This document shows, in pieces, positions 48,851 to 61,034 of a DNA stretch of 64,000 nucleotides. The notes under the pieces are model-generated. The model searched no databases, had not been told where the DNA came from, and saw nothing but the letters and a program-made list of their open reading frames with translations. The number at the start of each line of letters is the position of its first letter. Within the stretch, counting starts at the first letter, position 1. Made by a program: the position numbers and the translations under genes. This stretch comes from Raja brachyura (taxonomy: Eukaryota): contig OY740790.1 of NCBI GenBank assembly GCA_963514005.1, positions 27,962,001-28,026,000 on the forward strand. Reading direction: 5' to 3'.

Positions 48851-50346
48851 CTAACCTTGTCATAGGCAACCTTATCAAATGCCTTCCTGAAGTCCATGTA
48901 AAGAACATCTATCATCCTGCTCTAATCCGCCTTCTTGGCTATTTCTTAAAAAAAATTAAATCAAATTTGTGAGACACAATCTCCCATGCACAAAACCATG
49001 CTGGCTCTAATAGACTTGCAGAGGAACCTGAGTTGTGCTGGCTCTACCAGTGCCCTGAGCATTTGAACACAGTCACAGGGTCCCGACTTGAAACGTCACC
49101 TATACATGTTCTCCAGAGATGTTGCCTGACCCTCTGAGTTACTCTCGCACCTTGTGTTCTTTTGTGTAAACCAACATCTGCAATTCCTTGTTTATGCTCT
49201 ATGTTTTCTAACATAGTCTTTTTGAGCGTGCCTCGAAATACTGTTTATTGAGGAAATCCTGCTTGTGATTTGACCAACAATCAGTGCTCATTGGTATTGA
49301 TTTATGGACAGAATAGTTTAAAAGGCTTGTAGAAAGAGAACAGTTACATTGTCTTGATTGTGTAGAACCATACGCAAATGCTAGATTGGAAGGCCAGCCA
49401 GCATGATTATAAGGTAAGTTGTGCATTTATGAGGTAGATAATAGGTTTATAAAAAATTGTGCTCTTGGTTGCCTGGTGATTACAGTGGTTCTGATATGAT
49501 TGTTGAAGCCTGCTGATACTGAGCCAATGACAATGACCCCTAACAAGGGCGAGACAGCAAATAAAGTAAAGAATATGGAAATATTAAAGACACAAATATA
49601 TATCACTTAGGAAACCTTTAAACACAACACAAACAAATGCAAATTAACACCATGTTTAAAAAGCTGACCAGTATCATTTACATGGTGCTGGCTTTACTTA
49701 AATGTGGAAAATTGAAGTCCTATTCCAGTATTCAGGAATGCCATTCGGGGAATAGAGACCACACATTACTAATGTTTTCTTAGAAAGCCACATTAAAGCT
49801 TTAACAACTACTTCATTTTATTTGGGAAGGAAATATTGGTGGAATACCTCATCTGGTAAACTTTTTTTAACTTGTGCCTTTGGAACAGCCATAGTTGTTT
49901 TTTCTTGTCCACCTCTTGGTGGATGCATGTGCTCATCCTGTTAGGGTCACAATGTCCCCAGCCAACAGCCATCAGGGAACCTCCCTGCTCAAAGTTATCT
50001 GGTGCTGGCTCTGGTTTATCCTGGTCTTTTCTTGCTGCCCGTCTCCCTCCCCCCTCAATCAGTCTGAACAAGGGTCCCGAACTGAAACGTCACCCATTCT
50101 TTTTCTCCAGAGATGCCGCCTGATCCACTGAGTTATGAAATCATTTTGTGTCTCTATCTTTGCTCATCTGTTTGTTTGTAAACTGTGATTTCATTTTTAC
50201 TGTATATGCGAGTTTGCGATAGGGTTATAAAGCCCTGAAACATGTCCTTCAAGGATGGTATATGCAAATTGTTAAATACGTAACTATTCAAATCCTGATT
50301 TCTGGAACGTGGCCCATAATCTATTCTAATCCCAATGCATGGAATT

Positions 50347-51396
50347 CTAGAAAAAGTGTGACCCATTGGGTCCCTGTCACATGGGAGGCCTGGTCCCCCA
50401 ATGCACACTGTTTCCCCAACACAATATTCAACCACTCATCCAAAGCCCCCACGGGAGGCCTGGTCCCCCAACACAACCCAATCCCCAATGCAATATTCCA
50501 CCACTCACCCATAGCCCCCAAGGAAGTCCTGGTCCCCCAACCTCTCATTTCCCCTTATTCACCCACATTAAATGAAAAAAAAATCCAAATTGCACTTGCT
50601 TGCTGACAGGACTCAGTGTGGTGACTCAGTGTGGTGAGAAAAAAGACAGGACTCAGTGTGGTGTGATTTGCAACATTGTAGCCGGTGAGAAGTTAAGTGA
50701 AAAGTAAATTGCCAGGAATCCCAGAATTGTCCTGGGATTTGCAACATTGTAGCCAGACGGGTCAGCAATTTGATTTGGAATTTTCAGTGACAAGTTTAAA
50801 TGTTTACAGTTTGAAATATGTATAACTTGTAAAATATACGATCAATCTGAATGATACACCAGACCACAGGACAATTGTGAGTAAGATGGTGCAAAAATTG
50901 TAGCGCTTTCTGTTTTGGCGTAGTTCCGGGATAACTAACACACACGCGCACGCACGCACTGGAATTAAAAAAAAAATCCAATTGCACTTCTCCTGCCTCC
51001 CCCAGTACTTCCAATTCCAATTCCGCTTCCCCTGGCCCCTCCCCCTCCTGTTCAATCACTCGCAGACAGGACCACAACTAAGTGTTTTATGATGGCAACA
51101 TTGTTGCAAATGTCGGGTGGCGGACTGTGAGATCCGTTTGTGATATCATAGCTGCAACTGCCACCACTGAAATGTTGAAGTGATTATCAAAGTGGATTTA
51201 GTAAACATAAAAATGTGATAACTTGTGCAATATAACATCAATCTGAACAAAACGTGATACAAACAACCACGGGTCAATGGTGAGTAAGGTGGTGCAAAAA
51301 TGTTCACAGTTTTGTGTACCATTTTGGCATAGTTACTTAAAATCGCACACAGACAGGCAGACATCCAACAAGATGAGACTTTTAGTGATATATAGA
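50347..51396 (-). mobile_element. Non-autonomous Helitron of the same family as 670-3470
   Basis: Minus strand begins TCTATATATCACTAAAAGTCTCATC and ends GGGACCCAATGGGTCACACTTTTTCTAG. Shares internal repeats with the first cluster. Confidence 0.72.
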
Positions 51397-51697
51397 TTGG
51401 TGGCAAGAAAAGGCCATTTGGCCCACAATGTGTGTGCCTGCACATAATCTATATCACTCCATTTCATTCATATCCATGTGCAAACCAAAAAATCACTTCA
51501 ATGCCACTATAGTATCTGCTCTGGTCTTGGCAGCTCTTTTTCAGGCTTTCATCACGCTCTGTGTTTAAAAAAATACCATCCCGAGCATCTTTAAAATTTG
51601 CCCCTCTCCACTTAAAACTATGTCCTGCAGTATTTGATATTGCCATGTTCAAAAAAGGGTCTCACTCTATATGCCTCTCATAATTTTATATATTTTT

Positions 51698-53227
51698 ATA
51701 CATTTTGGTTTCACCATGTAGAAATTACAGCTGTGTTTATACATAGTCCCCCCATTTCAGGGCGCCGTAATGTTTGGGACACATGGCTTCACAGGTGTTT
51801 GTAAGTGCTTACTATTTTGCTTAGTAATGTTTAGTATTTTGTTCCATATCCTTTGCATGCAATGACTGCTTGAAGTCCTCAATTCATGGACATCACCAGT
51901 TGCTTGGTGTCTTCTCTGGTGATGCTCTGCCAGGCCTGTATTACAGCCATCTTTAGCTTATGTTTGTATTGGGGGCTAGTTCCCTTCAGTTTTCTCTTCA
52001 GCATATAAAAGGTATGATCAATTGGGTTCAGATCGGTTGAGTGACTTGGCCACTCAAGAATTGACCTTTTTTTTAGCTTTGAAAAACTCCTTTGGTGCTT
52101 TAGCAGTATGTTTGTGATCATTGTCTTACTGTACAATGAACCACTGGCCAATGAGTTTTGAGGCATTTGTTTGAACTTGAGCAGATAGGATGTGTCTATA
52201 CACTTCAGAATTCATTAAGCTACTACCATCAGTGGTTGTATCATCAATGAAGATACGTGAGCCAGTACTTTCAACAGCCTTTCATGTCCAGGCCATAACA
52301 CACCCACCACCATGTTTCACAGATGAGGCGGTGTGCTTTGGATCTTGGCAGTTCCTTCTCTCCTCCATACTCTGCTCTTGTCATCACTCTGATATAAGAT
52401 AATCTTAGTATCATCTGTCCACAAGACCTTTTTCCAGAACTGTGGTTGCTCTTTTAAGAACTTCTTGACAACCTGTAACCTGGCCATCCTATTTTTGCAG
52501 CTAACCAGTGCTTTGCATCTTGCAATGTAACCTCTGTTTTTCTGTTCATGAAGTCTTCTGTGGGCAGTGGTCATTGACAAATCCACACCTGACTCCTGAA
52601 GAGTGTTTCTGATCTGTCGGACAGGTGTTTGGGGATTTTTCTTTATTATGGAGAGAATTCTTCTGTCATCAGCTGCGGAAGTCTTCCTTGGCCTGCTAGT
52701 CCCTTTGCGATTAGTAAGCTCATCAGTGCTCTCTTTCTTCATAATGATATTCCAAACAGTTGATTTTGGTAAGCCTAAGGTTTGGCTGATGTCTCTAACA
52801 GTTTTATTCGTGTTTCTCAGTCTCATAATGGCTTATTTAACTTTCATTGGCACAACTTTGGTCCTCATGTAGATAAACAGCAATAAACGTTTCCAAAGGT
52901 CATGGAAAGACTGGAGGAAAGACTAGGTGCTGAGAGCTCCCTTATACCTGCATTACGGAGGCATTTAAACACCCCTAGGCAATTACAAACGCCTGTGAAG
53001 CCATGTGTCCCAAACATCATGGTGCCCTGAAATGGGGGACAATGTATAAACACAGCTGTAATATCTACATGGTGAAACCAAAATGTGTAAAAATGGCCTT
53101 TATTAAAATTTGACAATGTGCGCTTTAACCGCACGTGATTTTTTTTCTATTACAAATCTCAAATTGTGGAGTACAGAGGCAAAAAATAAATGATGGGTCT
53201 TTGTGCCGAACATTATGGAGGGCACTA
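51698..53227 (-). mobile_element. Tc1/mariner DNA transposon relic with long IR/DR-type TIRs
   Basis: Transposase fragments: HTH (ISQTLGLPKSTVWNII), WKKVLWTDD, KHGGG, DNDHKH and WPSHSTDLNPID. 51698-51804 is an inverted copy of 52983-53088; the outer part of that TIR is missing. Confidence 0.9.
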
Positions 53228-53459
53228 GATATATAAATATACACATACACACGCACACAAAAAAAATTATAATAATAATAGTCTATGTAGTTCAGAGCTT
53301 ATTTGAGGTTGTAGTGTTGATATAATAGGATTGCGGGTCCTCATCCTTCCTGTAGGGAAGAAAGTTCCTGAACGTGGACGCTGGCTGCTTTTTTGAGGCA
53401 GCGACTCCAGTAAATCCCTTCAAGCTGCCAAACCAGGCCATGATGCAACTGGTCAATAT

Positions 53460-53830
53460 GCTCTCTACCTCCTCTGCACCCTTTCCAAAGCCTCCACATC
53501 TTTCCTGCATTGGAGTGACCAGAACTGCGCACAATACTCCAAATGTGGCCTAATCAAAGTCCTATAAAGCTACAAAGCTCTTATACTCTGCTCTAACCAA
53601 TGAAGGCTTCTTTACCACTCTATCTACTTGTGTTATTACTTTCATGGAGTTGGACCCCAAGATCACCCTGTACCTCTGTACCTCAATGCTGTCAAGGGTC
53701 TTGACATTAATTGCATATTTTCCCTTTGCATTCGACCTCCCAAAGTGCAAAACCTCACACGTGCTTGGATTAAACTCCATCTGCCATTTCTCAAACCATT
53801 CGTGTAGCTGATCCATATACCTCTGTATAG
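53460..53830 (-). mobile_element. CR1 RT fragment immediately upstream of a PAPPA2 exon
   Basis: WQMEFNPSTCEVLHFGRSN; [12 protein letters not shown]-like sequence. Confidence 0.75.
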
Positions 53831-53963
53831 TTTGGCACTTCCATAGGTCATGTTTTGTGTAATTTGATAAATCTGTGATTATTATAGAAAGACAATGGTA
53901 CTGGGGACTGAAAGATTTTTATTTCCTAAAAATGCTCTTATCTGTCTTTCTTTCATTTTACAG

Positions 53964-54156
53964 ATGATAGCTGTACCAATAACTTTTCACCAAACCAGGT
54001 TGCACGAATGCACTGTTACCTGGACCTGGTATATCAAGGCTGGATTCATTCTAAAAAACCTGCGCCCATTTCAGTGGCTCCAGAAGTGATCGGACAGACT
54101 CCGGACTCTGTAACTATTCATTGGCTCCCACCAATCAGTGGGATGCTGTACGAAAG
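53964..54156 (+). CDS. PAPPA2: Pappalysin-2 internal coding exon (193 bp)
   Basis: ttttacag|AT acceptor and AG|gtgagt donor. (D)[63 protein letters not shown](R) is in phase with the previous exon. This frame is absent from the ORF track. Confidence 0.95.
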
Positions 54157-54559
54157 GTGAGTCCTTCCGTATGACATGGTGTAATCAATTGTGTACTTAC
54201 AACAGCAAATCTTGGGGAGACATTTGGACAAGTACATAGATAGGAAATGTTTAGCGGGATATGGGCCAAATGTGGGCAGATGATGGTGGTGTTAAAGAGG
54301 CTTTTAGAAAGGCACGTGGATATGCAAAGAATTGTGGAAATGGATCATGCAAGGGCAGAGGAGATTAGTTTATCTTGATATAATGTTCGACATAGACATT
54401 GTAGTCCATTGCTATGTTCTCTAATTTCTGCAACCTTTTTCATGACCTTGGGGAATCATGATACATGTTGTAGCCTATGGGTGGTTTTAAGATGGAGTGT
54501 AATTTAAGCAGCAATCAAGTTTGGTCCAGCAGGGCCCATGGGCTGAATGTGTTCAGAAG

Positions 54560-54810
54560 CAGGTAACTCAATTGGTTGTGCCAGAAATAACTTTTGAGAG
54601 AACGTCACCACTGTTCTTTGAATTAGGACCACTGCATCTTTTATATCCCCCAGAGGGGGGCAGATGATGTTTTGGTTCAACACCTCATAACATCTGAAGC
54701 ATGGCAGCTGCGACAGTGCAGCCTTCAGGAAGTGCAACAGTGAAGTCTCATGCATACAAGGTTCAGGCCCAATGCAATCTCCTGACAATGAGTGCTATAC
54801 ATTGGCTGAC
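54560..54810 (+). mobile_element. Possible ancient Deu-domain SINE remnant (SacSINE1/AmnSINE1-like)
   Basis: ggttcaacacctcat..ctgaagcatggcagctgcgacagtgcagc resembles the recalled Deu core; heavily diverged. Confidence 0.4.
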
Positions 54811-54829
54811 ATCAGGTTTTAGTCACACT

Positions 54830-55175
54830 TCCTTATTGAGTTCCATGCTGACTTGAACAATCTGCCCAAGATGCGCCTGAAGTCACGCAAAGCTTTCTGG
54901 TCTTCCGTTAAATCCCTGGAAGACTTTGACTCCAAGACATTAACAATGGAGAGGTCATCACAGACCCCACAGTGAAACCACCGGGGGGGGGTTTGACCTC
55001 CATCGCAAGCAATGGCTAATCCTGATCAGAATCCGCACCCTCCATACAAGAACAGTCCTTCACCTGCGTAAGTGGGGGATGACGGACGGCCCTGCTTGCG
55101 ACTGTGGACATCCACACCAGACCATCCCACACATCGTGAATGACTGCCCACTGAGGTTTTTACCAGGTGGCTTTA
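54830..55175 (+). mobile_element. Vingi/Ingi-clade LINE 3' coding fragment
   Basis: Frameshifted translation RLKSRKAFW...DPTVKPPG(F)DL.RKQW...KWGMTDGPACDCGHPHQTIPHIVNDCPLR, a Vingi-type C-terminal CCHC region. Confidence 0.72.
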
Positions 55176-56209
55176 GTAGCTACTAAGTTGCAGGAAAACT
55201 CTGATATTCATGATTTAGATAGTGCTGCTGACCTTTTCACCTAAGCCTTTGTAACTTATTCCTCTGCTCTCATCTGTATTCACTTATCACTTGCCAGACT
55301 TTGTCCCACCATCTCCCTCACTCTCCCAACTTTTCGATTCCGGATTCCCTCCCCTATCAGTCCACAATCAGTCTGAAGAAGGGTCCTGACCTAAAAGGTC
55401 CCCTGTCATTACCCTTCACAGATGCTGCCTGACCCTCTGTTCATCCAGCACTTTGTGTCTTACTATTCTTTCTAGTGCAGCTTTACTGATCAGCCATAAA
55501 TGTTGGAGAGGAGGCGGCTGGCGGGCATAGTGGAAGGAGGCGGGCATCGACGGCGAGGGTGGGAGGGAAGAGAAGCAATTAGTGTATAGTATGTTTACTC
55601 TCCCCTTTGCTTCACTGTAGGGCATTTTCTGTTTTCAATTCACCCCTGTGGCATACAGTAAGGTTGAGGCAAATTGGAAACAGGTCTCTGGCTTCGACAT
55701 GCTGGTCACATCAGGCATTGAATGGAGAGAGAAAACAACTGCAAAAATTACGAATTAAATAAGAAAAAAGTCATAGAAACTAAATCGAGTAGTGTAAATA
55801 ATAGTAGCATTTGGAATGGAACAAGAAGAGGTAGCACTGAATATGCAGTCAATAGTGTGTGATAAGCAATGCCACAAGAACCTCATTTTTTTTTCCACAT
55901 AGAACATAGAACAGTGCAGCACATGCGCAGGCCTTTCAGCCCTGGATGTCTGTGCCAGACATGATGCCAAGACCATTACTTATCTACCTGAACATAACCC
56001 ACCCATATCCCTCCATTCCCTGTATAGCCATATGCCTCTCAAAAAGCATTTTAAATGTAATAACACATCTGCTTCAACCATCAACCCCAGCAGTATATTC
56101 CAAGCACTCACCACCCTCTGTGTGAGCGTGTAAAAGAAAATTGCTCCACTCATCTCTTTTAAACTTTGCCCCTACACCATAAAACTATGCACTCTAGTCA
56201 CATTACGTA

Positions 56210-56528
56210 TCCGACCTTTCTGTCCTGGGTCTCTTCCATTGCCAGAGTGAGCACCACCGGAAATTGGAGGAGCAGCACCTCATATTCCTCTTGGGCAGTT
56301 TACACCCCAGCGGCCTGAACATTGACTTCTCCAATTTCCGGTAGCCCTTGCTGTCTCCTCCCCTTCTCAGCTCTCCCTCAGCCCTCTGGCTACTCCTCTT
56401 CCTTTCCTCTTCCCGCCCCCACCCTGCATCAGTCTGAAGAAGGGATTCGGCCCGAAACTTTGCCTATTTCCTTCGCTCCATAGATGCTGCCTCACCCATT
56501 GAGTCTCTCCAGCATTTTTGTCTACCCT
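56210..56528 (+). mobile_element. Penelope-like element 3' fragment inserted in a CR1 piece
   Basis: LSVLGLFHCQSEHHRKLEEQHLIFLLGSLHPSGLNIDFSNF, then CTGAAGAAGGGATTCGGCCCGAAAC. ctctagt occurs on both sides. Confidence 0.75.
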
Positions 56529-57069
56529 CTAGTATTTGATTTTTCCATCCTGGAAAAAAGATTCTGCTTCTTTCACTCCATGTTGTCAATGACTGAAAGG
56601 ACAGGGGTTTTACATAAGGGGTTGGAGAATTAGAGCAGATTATTTCAACCAGAGGATGGAACTCAATATCTGTGAAGATGATGGAGGCAGATGCTCTCTC
56701 AGTATTTCAGAAGTAGTCAATGAATGCTGGAAATACCATGGCAGAGGGGAACTACGGGCATATTCCAGAAATTGGGATTAGAATAAATAAAGATTTGTCC
56801 CTTTATGTACACTGTTCCTATTTTTGGTAAAGTTCTGAGTTCTTCTTGGCAAGTAGTGCTATCACCACTGGTCACCTGAGCTTACCCCACCCAAAAAAGA
56901 AATGCCTCATGCAATGCCTAGAGACTGTGAGGCTACTTGTGTTGCTGTGACTTAGAGGAGGATCCAGTCCTTGATTGAAGTCAGTGTGTGTATTTTAGTT
57001 TAATTTAGAGATACAGCATGGAAATAGGCCCTTTGTCCCACCAAGTCTACACCAACCAGCACATCACTT

Positions 57070-57372
57070 GTTGACCTTCTGCCCTCAGGAAAGCACCACA
57101 AGATTAACGAACAGTTTCTACCCCAAGGCCATCACCACTCTGGACTCTGCACTGAATACACCCCCCTTAGCCAATATTTTGTACTGCTATAACACTATAC
57201 CGTGAGATATTGCACATTCTGACCTGACGACGTTTTTCTTGCCGTTTTTGCTGTTTTCATTGTCGTTATTATTTACCTAATACGTTGGAGCTCCGCTCAG
57301 GCAGTGTGCCTGAAATTTCGTTGCATGTATTTACAATGACAATAAAGTGTATTATTATTATTATTATTATTA
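57070..57372 (+). mobile_element. Rex1-type 3' fragment with (ATT)n tail
   Basis: ctgccctcagga...aacagtttctacccccaaggccatc, then acaataaa and (att)n. Confidence 0.55.
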
Positions 57373-58222
57373 ACCAAGAAACCTAGCCCTTCTTCCTCTA
57401 TTTCTAACCTCAGGGTGCCAAAGTATTTGCAGCATTAATAGACCGCGCCAATCATACTGACCTTACCGAGCCTAGAGGCAGAATCAGTATGTTTCAGCTT
57501 CTTGTGGTTTTTATCATTTGAGACATTTGGGTGGTGAGAGTTTTTTTTCCAAATAAAATGTCAAGAACTTGACTGAATCATTAAACCTAGACTGTCTTCC
57601 TGCTCGTTGATGTACAGTCACTCAGAGCCCTTTTTCATGGGAGTTCTGGCAGCATTTCATACCGGTGTCTATCCAGGTGGGTTTGTCCTTGAATTTTCTC
57701 ATTGTGTGTTTATTTGCTAAACTTGAATTCTGCAGCTGTTGGATTCCTTTTTAACGAATGACTTAGATTGATAAATTACCTGGGTCACCTGTTTAAGAAA
57801 GAATTGCAGATGCTGGAATAATTGAAGGTAGACAAAAAATGCTGGAGAAACTCAGCAGGTGAGGCAGCATCTATGGAAAGAACGTTTCGGGTCAAGAACC
57901 TTCATCTGTTCATCATCTCTCTGGTTAAGTTAAGTTCACAATATATTTCTCAGTCTTTGTATACCACAGCCATGTTCTCATTTGCCTCGATATTTAATTT
58001 CAAGTAACTTGCATTCTCTCTTCCCTCCCTCCCCCAACCTAATTTTCCTACTAGTTCTACTGTTTGCATCCTTGGATCCCTCGCTATCACACCTTCCCCA
58101 GCCACCAATTCGTGATTATGGGCTCCACTCTTCCTGAATTCATCTTGTGCGGGCCCTGATTTGTTGTAGCCATTTCTTGACTGTTTATTTGCTGGAGTAA
58201 CTCAGTGCGGCAGGCAGCATCT

Positions 58223-59080
58223 GAGTTCCAAGTGGTGGCGCCATCTAGTGTGGCTGCCTAGCCTGCAGCTGTCTGTCCTTTCATTCTCTTTGTTATTTTT
58301 TAGTCTGTTTTAAAGTTTGTTTTGGAGATCTTTTAGTCTTTTTTATGGTGGGGGGGGGGGGGGAGAGGGGGAAACTGTTTTCTTTCTCACTTCCTGGTCG
58401 AGGATTCGACTATTCTCCGAGCCGCATCTTCGTCCCCCCTCCTCGCCGCCTACCACCTGGATTGGTGTGGGCTTTCCTGCTGGAGACTGGCCAGAGCCAC
58501 GGCTTCAGCAGCGGTGGCGCAGCACTGGATTCCATCGCGGAGCAAGCAATGCCTTATCGGGGTCGCCGTCTTGGAGCTCCGGAGTGCTGGGACTGCCGAC
58601 TTTGATACCGTGGAGCTACTGTTGGCCTGCGGAACTCCCAGCCGCTGGAGGTGCTAACTTTCCAGCCGCGGGCGGCGCTGACGCTGACTTTAACATCGCG
58701 GAGTCCTGGGATCTCTCGTCAAGGTCACCAGCGTTAAATCTCCGCCCAGCTTGGTCTGTGGACTTTGGAAGCCACGGTCTCCAGTAGGATGCAGCCGATT
58801 CGGAAGCTCCGGGCCGCAGAGGGGTTCGAGTGCCTGAAACATCGGGCCCTTAGCGGCGACTGCGAAGGCCTCAATAGGCCCCGACCACGGGTGAACTGAA
58901 GAGGAGGACTGAACTTTGATGCCTTCCCTCACTGTGGGAAACGTTGATTCTGCTGTGGGGGGGATGTTTTTTATGTTAAATTATAGAGTGTTATGTTTAT
59001 CTTATTTGTGTGTTGTATGGTAACTCAAATATCGCTGCACCAATTGGTGTATGTGACAATCAATGTCATTTGTCCTTTGT
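58223..59080 (+). mobile_element. GC-rich non-autonomous retroelement (~860 bp) with (TTTGTC)-like tail
   Basis: Flanked by catct/catct and inserted in a Penelope-derived repeat. 5' ccaagtggtggcgcc motif; homologous to 8472-9078; no recognisable coding motifs. Confidence 0.62.
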
Positions 59081-59160
59081 CATCTCGATGGTGCCTATCC
59101 CGCTGAGTTACTCCAGCATTTTGTGCCTTTCCTCATCTTCTTATTTTGGAGTTACATAAG

Positions 59161-59440
59161 GGCGGTACAGTAGCACAGCGGTAGAGTTGCTGCCTAACAG
59201 TGCCTTAGACCTGGGTTCGATCCTGACTATGGGTTCTATCTGTACTGAGTTTGTACGTACTTCTTGTGACCATGTGGGTTTCTTACAGGTGCTTCAATTT
59301 CCTCCCACATTACAAGGACATGCAGGTTTGTTGGTTAATCGGCTTTTGTAAATTGTCCCTCGTGTGTAGCATGGTACCAGTGTTGATTGGTGCAGACTCG
59401 ATGGACCCTTTCCATGCTGTATCTCTAAAGTCTAAAGTGA
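59161..59440 (+). mobile_element. tRNA-derived V-SINE (HE1-like)
   Basis: A-box region and B-box (gggttcgatcc); V-domain tgggtttc...ttcctcccaca; CR1-like tail ending tctctaaagtctaaag. Confidence 0.8.
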
Positions 59441-60504
59441 GGCAGTTACAGCTCATTCGTTACTACTTAACTTCTGGATCTAGAGCAGAACGTGGGGCCT
59501 TCTGTTGTTGATGGGCTGAGGATTGCATGATGTGGGGAACCCATGGAACTGTGCTACTGGGCCAATACCTTCTGTTTCTCATCAGTGAACGCACAGCTTT
59601 GTTTTGCACAATGTTGTGTTGATAAGTGTGTGTGCAATGTTTAGGAGACAAGCATTTGATTTATTTATCTGTTACGTTTTTAAAGCTGCTAAACAGCTGT
59701 GGTGATTAGCATACAAAAAAAAAACCAATGGTGAGTATTGGGATCGGCCACACAAAGCCACTACCGATATAGTTCCAGGTGTACTACTTGCCACATTTCC
59801 AAAAGTGCAGTTTATAAAAATCAGTTTATACAAATCAGTTGTCAGCTTTATTGCTTTAATTATACTTCTTCCAAAGAATTTTGCAGTTTGAAAATAATTG
59901 TAAGGATGTTTGCTTACCAATATCCATTGTCTACGACAGGGTCTTGCAAGGAGGCTGGTTGTAAATAATACCAAGAACAGGCTTCTCCCAGTTTTACTTG
60001 TGGATCAAACAGTGAGCATTTTGCTGGAGCCATGCCAGGATAGAAATATCAGAAGCACTTTCTGATCTTGTATGCGGGAGAGAAGACTTCAGACTTCTAA
60101 TCTTTGCTCTTCATTTAACCACCTTAAATCTTTATCCCTGCAGCCCCTTACGTAAACAAAACCTATCAAAGCCAAACATAAAAACTCAAATTGACCTGGC
60201 ACCTGGTACCATTTTGGATGAATATTTTTGTCTTTAACTACATTTTACATGAGGTCATTAAGACCATTTGTTGTGTGCCAGGTTGACGCTGTTGAATTAG
60301 TGAGACCTGTTGTGGGACAATCCCAGCACATCTATGCCTTTCAACAAAATCATCAACAGCAATAGATACAGTCCAACCTGTTACTCGGGAAGTCTTGGAC
60401 TTGACAATGGGTCATCTGAAGACCTGGTCTTAATTTTTCTCCTTTCAGAACTGCCAGCTACATTGAAGATGTTTAATAAAAAAGTAATTAAAAAAAAATT
60501 AGAT

Positions 60505-60985
60505 GCTGGCAATCTCCCGGTTGCCAAACATTTTAACTCTGCTTCCAATTCCCATACTGACCTTCCTTTCCTGGGCTTCCTCCGCTCTCAGAGTGTGGGC
60601 ACATGCAAATTGGAAGTACAGCACCTCATATTTCACTTGGGCAGCTTGTAAACCAGCGGTATGAACGTTGATTTCTCTAATTTCAAGTAAACCCTGCACT
60701 CCCTCTTTTTCCACCCCTCCCCCACCCTCGTTGTCCTATCAGTTTCACTGTTCGCATCCCTATATCCCTTCATTACCACCTCATCCTAGCTAGCAATGGG
60801 CCATTATGGGCTCCACCCTTCTTTGGTCATCTGTTGCCCACCCTCATTTGTTCTGGCCTTTTCCTACCTCCAGTTTCTCCCCCCCTCTACTTTCAGTCTG
60901 ATGAAGGGGTCCGATCCGAAATGTCACCCATCCTTTTTCTCCAGAGATGCTGCCTAACCCACTGACTTACTCCAGCATTTTGTGT
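60505..60985 (+). mobile_element. Penelope-like element 3' fragment (GIY-YIG C-terminus, 3' UTR, pLTR with hammerhead motif)
   Basis: LPVAKHFNS...CKLEVQHLIFHLGSL..GMNVDFSNF, followed by CTGATGAAGGGGTCCGATCCGAAATGTC. Confidence 0.75.
60893..60930 (+). ncRNA. Minimal type-I hammerhead ribozyme motif (Penelope pLTR)
   Basis: CUGAUGA, stem II (GGGU ccg AUCC), GAAA, UGUC, ACC; very short stems I and III. Confidence 0.55.
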
Positions 60986-61034
60986 ATATTTTTGGGAAGG
61001 TTACACATCTTATTCATATCTGTAGATGCTTGAT

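Noticed and set aside
50606-50752. Short direct repeats with spacers resembling a CRISPR array
   Set aside because: Only 2-3 irregular units inside a Helitron in vertebrate DNA; no cas genes.
53895-54089. 64-aa ORF overlapping the third exon
   Set aside because: Wrong frame; the PAPPA2 frame runs 53964-54156.
59161-59235. tRNA gene
   Set aside because: The tRNA-like head continues into the V-domain and LINE-like tail, so it is a SINE; the same applies to other copies.
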